From contig CM114271.1 of NCBI GenBank assembly GCA_050084515.1, positions 49,786,001 through 49,850,000 on the forward strand: DNA of 64,000 nucleotides, read 5' to 3'. Within the stretch, counting starts at the first letter, position 1, and each line of letters opens with the position of its first letter. Position numbers and translations under genes: made by a program. Of the stretch, positions 52,951 to 64,000 are shown in pieces. The DNA comes from Blasia pusilla (lineage: Eukaryota). The notes beneath the pieces were generated by a model, which saw nothing but the letters and a program-made list of their open reading frames with translations, made no database searches and was not told the origin of the DNA.

Positions 52951-55900
52951 GAGCTCAATTTTATAAGCTCAATGAAAGAGAAATCTTATCCAAAAAATAT
53001 TATCCAAGTTCTACACATGTGCAAATGTGTGATGTCTCTCTCTCTCTCTCTTAGCACGATCATTCCCGGGCGAGCATGGAGCTGGAATTGATCTACTAGT
53101 GGGTGAACAAAGGCCGGAAGGCGGTGGTTTATGAGAATATTTCCTTAGGCCTTGGAATGCACAAAATATTCTTTGCGGTACATAATAGAATACAAGAATC
53201 ACTATGCACACTTTGAAGCTGTATCAGTGCAATACATTGCCAATCTCTGTTACTCAACGCTCTTGGTGGCCCGACGAGGCATTGCTTTCTTTAGCTTTGT
53301 AGTAGTAGAGGGGTTTGTGGGTCAGTGGTCTTTAGCGTTCTCACCTCATTCCAACAGAGACGTGAATCCTTTGCAGCAGCGCTCATTCACAAAATGGGGT
53401 CACACTCCATCCGGGGCCTCGTGCCCATCGCTCGGGCTGGAGTGGAAAAAAACAGAGCATCAACTACTCCAAGTGGTAAGCTAGAGCAGCAGCTGCTCCA
53501 AATGGACAATCCAGCTGCATCTGGCCGGCCAATTGTGACAATAGTCTGCCTTTTGCGTTCTTGTGTTTCAGGTTCCCTTGAAGTAAATCTACCCCTGTGG
53601 ATGGCCGGGAGATTTGGGGCCAAGATCACAACAATATAACCTCCTTGTGGGGAATCCTCGTGAAGTTGGAATCATGCAGTCCCCAAGATACAGCCAATGT
53701 TAACCACGTATTAACGTTAGGAGGGCATCTTCCGAGGTCATATGTTTCCTCATGTTCTTGTATAGTCTTTCAGTTGACGCTGGATCTGGGATGGGCCCAA
53801 ATTCAAAGAGCCCAATATGAGATGCGGAATCACCTCCCTACAATCTTAGGTTGCAGGTTTACTGAAATTCTCTACAATCCTATTTTCCGTCTCCATGTGC
53901 TCTCTCTCTCTCTCTCTCACTCAATAGTTCAAGCTTCTTATCTTCAGTCCATGACTCTCTCCATCTCTCTCTCGGTGTGTATTCTCCTAGCGATCTACAA
54001 TAGCATCCACTTATTCAATTGGGTACCTCGATTCCAGTGGACGAATCCAATCCATATTTTGTGATAGGAAGAAGGGCAATTTTGCATCGTCGAAGTCGGG
54101 GATCTGGGATGGAATTATTGAGGGGTTGCAAATATCCCATCCATTCAAAAAAAAATTTCCCATAGTGAGAGTAGAGTCGGGGGGAGACAGGCACTGCTTT
54201 ACTCTCGCAGAAGGCATCTTACACATACCCACAGGCCCTCCAATCGCGTGTATGCTTTACGGAATTTATCCGTGGAGGGTCCGGAAGTACCCGGTCCCAT
54301 GGAAAGGGCTAGGGGTCATGGGCCAATCCCATATCCCGATCAAACCAAATCAGTTGGCCTAAAAGGAATGGATAAGAATCCGCAATAAGTTTGAATTCAC
54401 GACATAGTAAATCAGAATTTCGAGAGTAAACAAGATTTGGATTTTATTTTGAATCTTAAAGCAAAATCCATTACTCTCTCTCTCTATTGTTACATAGTAT
54501 TTGACGGTCACTGAGTGCGCTTCTCTATGATGTTCCCGCAGGGGAAAAGTTCATTCATTCGGATTTAAAATTTTATCTCACAGATTTAGAATTGGGCTCT
54601 TGTCTCTTACTCCTGCCTTCCTTCTCGCCTCATCTCCTTCAGCCTACTGCACCAAGGCCGCCTATGGCTCTTTAGTGTTTTGATTGGATATTTCCTTGAG
54701 TCTTCACTCCTATCCTCTTCCGTTTTGCCTTTGACCTGCTGCCCTACTTAGACGCGGCTTCAGAAGAGAGACACTCTCATTTTTTATAGCCATGATGTCT
54801 TACGTTTGTGTAGGATTTAACAAGTGGAGGTGTTGTATGAGAAGTCAGGGAAGAGGAGTGGACAGAGAAGAGACAGAGGGACAATGCACATGTGGTTTTA
54901 TCTTGGTACTTCTACATTTGAAAGCTTTTCTTAGCCCTCTCTGAATTGTGAAAGTGTTGTCAACATTGAAGTTATTTACCGTTTAGTAATCTTCTCTTGT
55001 TATTTAGCAAGGTCATGTGGCTAACATGCACCACATTGCAGCACTCCCTTCAGACATCGTGGAGAACATCGTCTACAGCAGGGCTATTGTGCACGATCAT
55101 GACATAGGAGTATTTTGTGTCTCTGAAGCTAGCAGGCTTTGTACGTGTTACTTTTCTTTGAGATGGTTGAGGTGGGGTGAGTATGATGGGAGGCTAGAGT
55201 CTATCAGATGTTACATTCAGTTGGGTTTTGTCTACAATATGGTACCTCACATTTGCCACAATGTAGGCTTTCGGATTCACTCTTCTAGTGACGGGCGCTT
55301 CCATTTGGAGCCCGTCTGTGCAACTCAAGAGAGTTTTCCATGATCGGAGCCATTCGCAAGATATGCATTGAGGGTAGTATGTTTTTCTCCATAGAGAGCT
55401 GCTGTCCTCAATTGAATTCCTTGTGTACTACTAGCATTGACACGAGGCCTGGCACAACATGCCTCACCGGGCGCATATTGTGTGATGGCAACATTCTGCC
55501 CATGCTCTAGTGGTGAGTGCGCATGGCCACCACAAGATAGGGCCCTTGCATTGCCTGATGAGCCTAGTGGTTTCACCTTCAAAGGACGGTGATTTTGTGG
55601 ACTTTATTCCTCCTAAATTTTCCCTAGAGTAATTTTGTAGACTAGCTCAAAAGAGTAATAGTCCCGACACACTAATAAATTGGACACTATGATTATGAAG
55701 TCAAAATAGATGTGATGTTAATATAATATGGACAAGTATGGGAATGACATTAAAAACGCATGATGAATGGATACTCAGATGAAGGTGTTGTTATGAATAC
55801 GTTGTTCATATTTGTAGGTACTATATTGCACACCTCTCAAACACTTGAAACGCACCTAATATGAGGATCTTGCAATGTGAGCATAAGGCACTTTGTGGAG

Positions 55901-56387
55901 GTTTTCCACACCCTAAAATGGACAAGCCTGATGTAAACTATAAAAATTAAATAGCGAACAATCCAAAAATCATGAGAAATTTTGAGGTTACACCACAAAT
56001 AATAATTTAAGTAGTCTTCCCCCATATACATGTGACATGAAGATACAATCAATCAATAGGACGATGATGTAAATTTTGTGCACAATAACAGATTTCGGGT
56101 GTTTGTCATGATTTTTTCTTGGTGATATTGTCATAGACTGCGTACTAGGACTTGGTCATTCATACGGGTCCTACACTTTCAGGTGCTTTGCCGTATTATC
56201 AGCAAGCAAATATTATATACATTTTATATATATATCAAATATATATAAATATTCGAGATTGTGATTTTTTCTCTTTGAAAGATACTATTATTCACACACA
56301 ATTCATTACTAGTGATGTAAGCTTTCCCTCACCTCTTTCTTCCATGAGCTTCCTCTCACAATACTACAATTGACTTTTGTTCTGGTT

Positions 56388-57054
56388 TGTATACAGATAA
56401 CTTTGAGGAGAGTCCAAGGATGGCGCGCCCGAAGCTACATGCCAAGAAAGCCCCAAAGGTGAGTTGTTTAGCGCCATAGAGTGCACTCCAAATTCACCAG
56501 AAGGCAGCCCACATTTATGTAATCTATGAGGATGGGGAGGAGTTGGTTGGTTTCCACGCAATTGCAAAATCAGCTCGGCTATAGAAAATGCTTGTCCTGG
56601 GATAGATCTTCCACCTAACCATGAAAGGAGCTGATTTTTCCCAGATTGTGTGAAGAAGATGGCCAAGTGTGCCAATTGTGGTATACAAGGAACTTTTGCA
56701 GAAAGTGAGGAATCGGGGCTTCGTGTGAGATAGTGCCCAGATACGCATTGTGTGAGATTTTTTTGTTTTACATGCCCCATGCATTATTGCCCAGGATGCC
56801 ATAAGCATGATGAGGATGTCAAGTCTTTTAGAATAGATCGGTGAGATCTAGTAGAGCGCCTTCTCGAGTAGTGGAGGACAGGCTCAGGAAGTCGAGGATA
56901 AGCTACTGAGGCCCCGGGAAACGTGAGAGAGCAGGTTTTCCCTTTGTTTCGGCTCATTTGGAGCCATATTGAGTAACTTACTATTTTAGGTAAGTACCAT
57001 TTTGAGTATATGATCAAATTTCTAGTTTTGGTAAGTGGCTCTTGACCTCCTACA
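56388..57054 (+). repeat. Putative 5' LTR; 3' end better supported than 5' end
   Basis: TGTA at 56388 and TACA at 57051-57054 upstream of a purine-rich leader and gag. The second LTR is not in the window, so this cannot be confirmed. Confidence 0.35.
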
Positions 57055-57899
57055 TCAGGTCAAGAGCCAAGGAGGTGACTTGGGAGCATAGGTTACCATG
57101 GAGAGAGCTTGGGGGAGGGGAGGGCTATACCTCAAGGAGAGAGAGTTTGAGAGCTCATTCTCTCTTCGTTGAACCTCTTGGCACGAGGCGGCAGAGCTAT
57201 GGTCCCTTGCCTTGTGAGTGTAACCCAAGCCTCTCATTAGGAGAGTAGGTTTGGTTTGACATTGAGAGACATGTGAGAGTGCACATGGAGGAGGTTGGAG
57301 CAGCGTCAATACGAGAGGAGTACGACTTGTTGATTTGAGGAGTTGTCTTCACGACCAAGTTGGGGTCGAGATTTGCAATTGTCGAAGAGCGACATTGATA
57401 TTATTGTCAGGTTACCCATTCCGGTCTCTTACCCTGCCCGTATGAAGGATTTTTGGGTATTGAGAAGTTATTTGGGATATTGGGTTTCTTGGTGATGCTG
57501 AGAGCATTGATGATGTATGGGTTTGGGGACATAGACCTGTATGGGATGTCTAGAGTTGAGGATGGTTTGTCGATGAGACGATAGATCAGTTGATTTTCCG
57601 GACTGCGCATGTCTCGGTGAGAGAGTGTAGATTGAGTGCCGCATGTTTAGGTTTAGTGATTGAGGGATTACTTGCGAGATTGAGAGTGATCGTGTGAGAG
57701 GGGCACAAGGGCCATTACGACGTCCTTTCGGGATTTTGGGAGGCGAGGTAGTGGACCTGAGAGTAGCTCTGGAGAGTTTAGTCGGAGTGATGCGAGGTTT
57801 TGAGGGTCTCCACGTGAGAGACCACCTCGATCTCCTTTTGTGTCATCTTGAGACTAGGGGGAGCATGTAGAGGAGTGTTTTAGTGATCCACCGTACACA

Positions 57900-59085
57900 T
57901 TGAGTGGTCCTACCAGTTGGACGTATGAGATGGACAACCGGGGTAGAGGACTGCGTAGGTTTTCAAATGTTGTAGACACTATAGAGCTACACAACTTCAT
58001 TGCGGAGTTTAGGAGTTGGTGTGACTCACAGCGGGCTAGGGACTCTAGAGAGTTCAACCCGTTTACAGCATGGAACGGTATGTTCCAGCATTTAGAGTGG
58101 GCACCCATGGACGATTATCATGAGTTCTTCCACATATATGCCTACGAGATTGAGGCATGGCGACTCTACTATGACCCACACTATGTGTCATGGACAAAGC
58201 CGTTCCCAGATGAGGAGGAGGAGTCAAAAGAGGCTACTTCCTCTTCCACTAGTGATGTTTTAGAACGGGTCACTCGCACTCGAGCAGTTGTATCGTCTAG
58301 TTGGGTTTGTCGCAAGTTCAACCCCGTGGTTGAGTTCTTCGCTGAGTTGAGGGCGAGCTACCAAGGGGTACGGACGGAGAAGTTGCAGAGCATCCACGAC
58401 TTCCAAAGGCGCTTGGGTGAGAGTTTGCGTAAGGCTTACACTCGCTCGCTCCGGTTGATCAATGTCACTCAGGGGGTGATAGAAGCACAAGATATCCAAT
58501 CATGATACGCGATGTTGGACTAGACCCAACGGACACAAGTGCAAGAGGGGGTGCTTCTTATGAACATCTTCCATATGTTGAGAGATATTTTTAGGACCGC
58601 CATGAACATTGAGCGCAATATGATGGAGGAGAGCGTAGCTAACATGGGTTATGGGCGAGAGCAATCACAATTCTTTGCACCACAAGTTCAGCAAAGTGGA
58701 CTCCAAGATAGGTCGACTGTGGCACCACGAGCTCAGGGAGGATAATAGGAGGCCGTGCCACAGAGATCTGCGCCTTCATATGCGGCTCAATAGCAGCCGC
58801 CTACACTTTCTTGTTGGTCATGTGGTGAAGCCCATCATCAACGTGATTCAGGGTCATGGACATGTGCCTCAGCATGGAGTAGGAGATGGTGCTGCACCAA
58901 GAGGTTATCAATGTGACTATTATCACAAGTATGGTCATACACGCGCCAGGTGTTTCAATTTATACCTTGAATTACGTCCGGACCGAGGGCCAAAGAGGGC
59001 ACCAGAGCAAGTAGCCGGTCTGAGTGGGCCTAGATATCGTGCACCTGGTGGTCTCGTTCAGGGACGAGGAGCTGGAGTTGCGTGA
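57900..59085 (+). pseudogene. Retrotransposon gag remnant with two zinc knuckles
   Basis: EKLQSIHDFQRRLGESLRKAYTR (gag major-homology-like Q..GES...Y..R); CWSCGEAHHQRD at ~58812 and CDYYHKYGHTRARC at ~58912; stops and frameshifts. Confidence 0.75.
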
Positions 59086-59670
59086 CACGGTGGAGGAGTT
59101 GCCCGTGGAGGAGATAGAGTCCCACCACCTAGACGTGTCAAGGGAGACGCTGGGCGTGAGGCTGGGATGACTGCTCAAATAGAGCAGCTACATGAGCAGA
59201 TTGCCGCTATGGCATTGAGGTTATCCGATGCCGGATCCGTGGCATCGATATCATACGGAGCATCCAAAGATACGGCAGATCTTGGTTGGATCTGTGGGGT
59301 TGCCTAGATGGAGGCCGCCGTAGTTTTGAAGTAGGGAGCAGTCGCAAAGTGGGATCCACAGTGAGGGAAAGCCAAGAAACAGACTAGGCTTTCTCAGTTT
59401 TTCACGTTGTCGGAGGCGATGAGGACCCCATCGATGGGTCTTGATCAGAGTTCCCGGAGAGTTGGTGATGTTATTGGTGTGCAGACATGGAGGGCGATGG
59501 GAGAGGAGGTGATGGACTGACCCTTGGAGTAGATGCTTGGGCCGTCCACGTCAGATTCATGGCAGAGTACGGTTGCTAGGATGGTGGAGATGTCGGCTAG
59601 ACCCGCGATAGAGCATGCCATGAATTCTCCTGGTGTTGTGTTGCTGAATAATTGGGGAGATGTCTTCTAG

Positions 59671-60104
59671 TTGGTGAGTCTAGGACATAGAGCTTTTAGT
59701 CCGCAGCGCGTCTTGTTGGATTTAGGAGCGCAACCCCTAATGTTGGGGAAAGTGTCATTCACAGGATTGGGCTTGAGGAGAGCCGATGTGGAGCGTTGTC
59801 CATTCCGGATACATACATCCTTGGGTGGAGCGAATACCACACAGTATATCACCCAACAGGAGGTCGTGGTGAGGATTCTCTGGGACATCCTACAGTTGAG
59901 TCCGTGGTGCAAGCCAAGGCGATAGTAATTGATGTAGAGGCCTACAACGTCTTGATTGGTGGAGTAGTGTTATATCCGATGGGATTTTCCCTGGATTACC
60001 GGGAGGAGTCAACGTCCTACAGACCAGGATGGAAATCAAGTGATGGGCACCTGAGCTCATTATCCGTTCGATTCACAGGTGCAGTGATTGAGCGATGGCC
60101 ATGA
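59671..60104 (+). pseudogene. Retrotransposon aspartic protease remnant
   Basis: RVLLDLGAQPLMLG (degenerate D-S/T-G) and downstream AYNVLIGGVVLYPMGF (flap-distal xLIG motif), split by a frameshift. Confidence 0.75.
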
Positions 60105-60380
60105 GAGATGGCGACCTTAGCAGCATTTAGCAATGCCATCACTTGGCCTAGTGATTTGATTGAGGGACATGTCCACGCAAAGGATACTCCCGTTCTTGAA
60201 ATTTCTATGGAGAGGAGTGTCATGATAGCCGCATCCGTCCGTGGAGGAGAGGTGCCGCTTTGGGACTCGACTAAGGAGCTTCAACGCTTAACCACTAAGC
60301 ATGTGCAGATCGCGTGGAGTGAGACGTTTGCACCAAAGTGTGACGGGTTAGAGGAACCCTAGGTAACTAGGAGTGCTACT

Positions 60381-61394
60381 ATGACCCCTTTGGACATCAC
60401 CCCGATTGTGTGGTGCATCCCAGAGAAGGGTATTCGAGTGTTGGACCTCTTTGGAGGGATGAGCACTAGGTTAGCTGCTGTTTTGGAGGCTGGAGTGCGC
60501 GTGCAGCAGTACCTATATGTGGAGATTGATGATGTTGCGAGGTGCCCTTCACTTCACCATGTGGCGCAATTACGCCTCCGTTTTCCCGACTTGTTGTCTG
60601 CGTCCGCCATTCAAGGTTACCAGAGTTCCCTACCGAGGGACATTTCATTGTTGGGGGCGCAGGACTTGGTGCGGGTAGGGATCATAGACTTGGTCAGTGC
60701 TGGTTGGCCATGTCAGGGCCAGTCCAATACTGGACGGGATAGCGGATTAGCTGATTCTCGGTCCATGTTGATTTGGGAGATGATGCGGATCTTGCAACAC
60801 TTGCACGAGCATCAGTCTCGTCCTCTAGCATACATTCTGGAGAATGTTTTGATTTTGGGCGATTCCAGGTCCCGTGTGGTGACAAGTGCACATCATGTGC
60901 ACGCATGGATTGGCCCGGAAGTTTTGTTAGATACGGAGAGTATGGATTCACGAGCACATCGCCTACGTCTTTGGTGGATCAACTTGGTACCACACAAGGT
61001 GTTGCGGAGGGCATATGCGAGAGTGGAGCGCCCCTCCGATTTGTTGGTGGATTCTATTCTGGATCCATGTCGTTGATCATAGGTAGTGAGGCACGATGAT
61101 CGACCGCCGTTGATTGTAGTCAATAGGATTGGTATGCCATGGGCAGCCTTTTCCACATTTGTGAGTTTTCTTGCTTCCTATGCATTCAAGGAGGCCGGAC
61201 CTGGCTTGGTTTGGGATGACCAGGTACAGAGGTTGGTGGAGCCCAACGCCGATGAGCGAGAGCAAGCGATGGGATTCCCCACAAGAGTGATGGCAGTACC
61301 ATCACTATCAAAGGCATCACGACGTCATGTCTTGGATGAGGCAATGGACCTGAACTGCTTGACATGGATTTTCAGCTTAGGAGTAGTTGAGTAG
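60381..61394 (+). pseudogene. C5-cytosine DNA methyltransferase domain (DNMT3-like linear motif order) embedded in retrotransposon pol
   Basis: Motif I IRVLDLFGGMS, II YVEIDD, III RDISLL, IV DLVSAGWPCQGQS (PCQ at 60708), VI YILENV (60840), VIII AHRLRLWW, IX EREQAMGFP, X RRHVLDEAMD. One frame, with in-frame stops at 61074 and 61080. Confidence 0.92.
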
Positions 61395-61718
61395 CGTTGT
61401 TTGAGGATGCGACACATCACATCAGTTGCATTGGTGAGCCTCATGCCTACCAAGACGGTTGAGGCAATGGCTGGGGGCGAGACTCGAGGAGATTGACATA
61501 CCAAGGGTGATTGGGAGAGACACCCTTGGACTTCTTGGGATGTTCTGCAGGTATGCCAAGAGATGTTAGCCACATCATCGAGTGTGGTTCCGAGTACTAC
61601 ACATGGAGATCCGATTTTGCACTTGGCTTCACGTGAACAGTGGAGTTTTGTTGTTTGAGACAGGGTTGCACCATAGCAACCACCGACACCCACACCAGAG
61701 AGTCCTACCGTAGTCACG

Positions 61719-62700
61719 ATGGAGACTTGGGAGCCAAATATGGGCCCTAAGTTGACAAGAGGAGAGCGGCATCGGATAAACCAGTTCCTTAGGAGTTATA
61801 GGAGCTGATTTGCATTTAGCATGTAGGATTTGGATACGCTCAAGGGTCTAGGGATCTGCATTGAGTTTTCAAGTGACACGCCGATCTTCCGACAACCCTA
61901 CAAGTACAATGACATGGAGAGAACTCTGATTCAGAGTAGGATCCAGGACTTCGTTTGATCAGGACTAGTGGAGATGTCGCATGGAGAGTATGCATCTGCC
62001 ACTATCATGCCCGCCAAGAAGGATGTGTATGGCATCTGGACGGATAGGCAGATGTGTGGAGATTACGGATCTATCAATCGGCAGACAAAGTCCAATAGGT
62101 ATGCCATGCCCACCCGTGAGGAGATCTTTGATGCGAATGGGCATGCAAAGGTCTTCAGTTCGTTAGATCTTTGAGCCAGATACCATCAACTGCCTATCAG
62201 ATTGGAGGACACTCAGAAGACAGAATTTTGGGGCATCAATCCTAACGGGAAGGATTGCTTGTACTAGTGGCGATTCTTACCATTTGGGTAAAAGAATGCC
62301 CCTGTTGAGTTTCAGAGGGTTATGGATAGGATGTTGGTAGGTTTGGATTTTGCTAGGTGTTATATTGATGACATAGTAGTCCTTAGCGCCACGGTTGAGA
62401 TCCATGAGCGACATGTAGAGTAGGTATTTTAACGATTGCAGTTACATGGGCTGAAGCTACATCCAGGCAAGTGCAAGTTCTTCTACGACCAGATTGAGTA
62501 CTTGGATCATACGATATATCCAGGCGGCCTTGGTGTGCAACAGAAGAAGGTAGAGGCTATTTCACGCATTCCACGCCCTACAGATGTGAGTCAAGTTCGT
62601 GCATTCATGGGATTGGCAAACTTCTATCGACGGTATAACAAGGGTTTCATTTCGATTGCAAAGCCGCTAACCTTGATGACCAAGCTGGATCAAGAGTGGC
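61719..62700 (+). pseudogene. Reverse transcriptase remnant (Ty3/Gypsy)
   Basis: TPIFRQPY, YASATIMPAKKD, RQMCGDY, FSSLDL*ARYHQL, FLPFG*KNAPVEFQRVMD, CYIDDIVV (62361), LKLHPGKC, VRAFMGLANFYRR. Confidence 0.95.
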
Positions 62701-62731
62701 ATTGGGGAATGAGCAAGAGCAAGCATTTTAG

Positions 62732-63160
62732 ATGCTCAAGGAAATAATGACGTCCGCTCCCATATTGAGGAGACCAATCACGGGGCGTCCTTTCCAGTTG
62801 CATACCGATTGGAGCATGTTGGGGCTTGGAGCCGTGCTCACCGAGCATGACGATGATGGTAGAGAGTTCATGGTGGCTTATGTTAGTCGCTTGAACAACG
62901 CTGCAGAGGCAAAATATAGCTCGTATGAGGGTGAGTGCTTGGTTGCAGTATGGGCTGTCGCACATTTCAGATGTTATCTATTCGGCAATCCCTTTACCAT
63001 CATTATTCATCATCAGCCACTTAAGTGGTTGATGGAGTCTGACAAGCTTACAGGGAAGCTTGCGAGGTGGGCTCTTTTGTTGTAGGAGTTTGACTTCTAG
63101 GTGGTGCATAGACTTGGGACGCTCAACCATAATGCACATGGTTTGAGCCGTAATCCATGC
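62732..63160 (+). pseudogene. RNase H remnant
   Basis: PFQLHTDWSMLGLGAVL...VAYVSR...YSSYEGECLVAVWAVAHFRCYLFG...HQPLKWL...KLARWALLL*EFDF*VVHR...HNAHGLSR. Confidence 0.93.
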
Positions 63161-63529
63161 CCGAGTCAGCGAGATGCAACTGGAGCTCGTTGGCATGGTG
63201 AGAGTGATGAGGAGTTGGTGCCAGGATGGCATGCGTCAACCTATTTGGGCTTGTTGGCTATGAAGAGCCAGATTGCTGAGACTTCCATGGCGAGTTTTGA
63301 TAGAGAGTCCTTAGATCTAGAAGCCGGTGAGGAGATGACAGGTGGCCAAGATATTCACGATGATGGAGTGGTCTTGGAGTACGTGCATAGTGGCAACGTC
63401 GCAAGCACAGTGGGTGCTAGAGAGCGGGATCGAATCCTATAGCGAGCCAGACGATTCCAATGGGAGGAGACACATATGTTGCGAGTGTGGAAGGATGGTA
63501 GAGTGCATGTAGTGCCTCATCCTTTGTAG

Positions 63530-64000
63530 AGAGCACGTTTGGTGCGTCATGCCCATGAGGAGTTGGGTCATTTTGGAATGAAGCGGACGTATAGCTTGCT
63601 CCAGATTCAGTATTGGTGGCGAGGCATGCAGACTGACGTTCAACAATTTGTTGCCAAATGCATGGTGTGTGATCGAGTCAAAGTATCGTTCAATGCTCCG
63701 ACTCCAGAGTTGTATCCATTTTCGATCATGGATTTACGTTATAGATGGATTTTGGATTTTGCAGGACCTTTGCCTTAAACGGAGCGCCATAGTCGTTAAA
63801 TGTTGGTGATGGTTGAGCACTTCTCGAAGTGGATAGAGTTGGTTGCATTGACTGACAAAGCGAGTGAGGGAGTAGCGTATACCTTCCTAGATTGGGTGCT
63901 GAGTCATTACGACGCACCAGCTGAAGTGTTGACATACCAGGGTATAGAGTTCCGCGGGGAGTTTCAGGCCTTGTGTGATCAGGCACTAATCGACCACCTC
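63530..64000 (+). pseudogene. Integrase remnant (HHCC domain and start of catalytic core), truncated by the window end
   Basis: HAHEELGHFGMKRT...YWWRGMQTDV...CMVCD; RWILDFAGPLP; VMVEHFSKWIELV; PAEVLTYQGIEF. Confidence 0.93.

Larger units (their letters stand above)
56388..64000 (+). mobile_element. Ty3/Gypsy LTR retrotransposon carrying a C5 DNA methyltransferase; decayed, runs off the window end; left boundary tentative
   Basis: Domain order gag(CCHC)-PR-DNMT-RT-RH-IN. Putative 5' LTR ends ...CCTACA at 57054. Confidence 0.9.

Noticed and set aside
55813-56175. TGTAGG...CCTACA-bounded segment resembling a solo LTR
   Set aside because: Flanks (atatt and ctttc) do not form a TSD, and a 6-bp inverted match is weak.
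60381-61076. DNMT ORF as a free-standing host DNMT3/DRM gene or bacterial contamination
   Set aside because: It is intronless, in frame with retrotransposon PR and RT, shows the same mutational decay, and has no promoter or partner restriction gene.

Overview
Eukaryotic land-plant nuclear DNA with spliceosomal GT-AG introns; gene content and repeat types suggest a bryophyte such as a moss (inference). Host genes: a 5'-truncated MO25/CAB39-like gene (48-3764, +), LTV1 (6707-8977, -), an intronless COV1/LCV-family gene (15662-16450, +), a decayed LRR-receptor remnant (~22.7-23.7 kb) and two paralogous intronless calmodulin-like genes (30106-30783, 49473-50156). Between the paralogs lies an ~11.5 kb decayed autonomous-type Helitron with an intron-rich RepHel gene, a captured PADRE/DUF4228-like fragment, tandem repeats and a miRNA-like hairpin. 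Intergenic DNA contains many non-autonomous Helitron ends and TIR elements. The last ~7.6 kb is a decayed Ty3/Gypsy LTR retrotransposon. Its pol region carries a complete, non-permuted C5-cytosine DNA methyltransferase domain between the protease and the reverse transcriptase, in the same frame as RT. This is the most notable feature. The element also has a perfect hairpin where a tRNA primer-binding site would be expected. All calls were made by eye; no searches were run.
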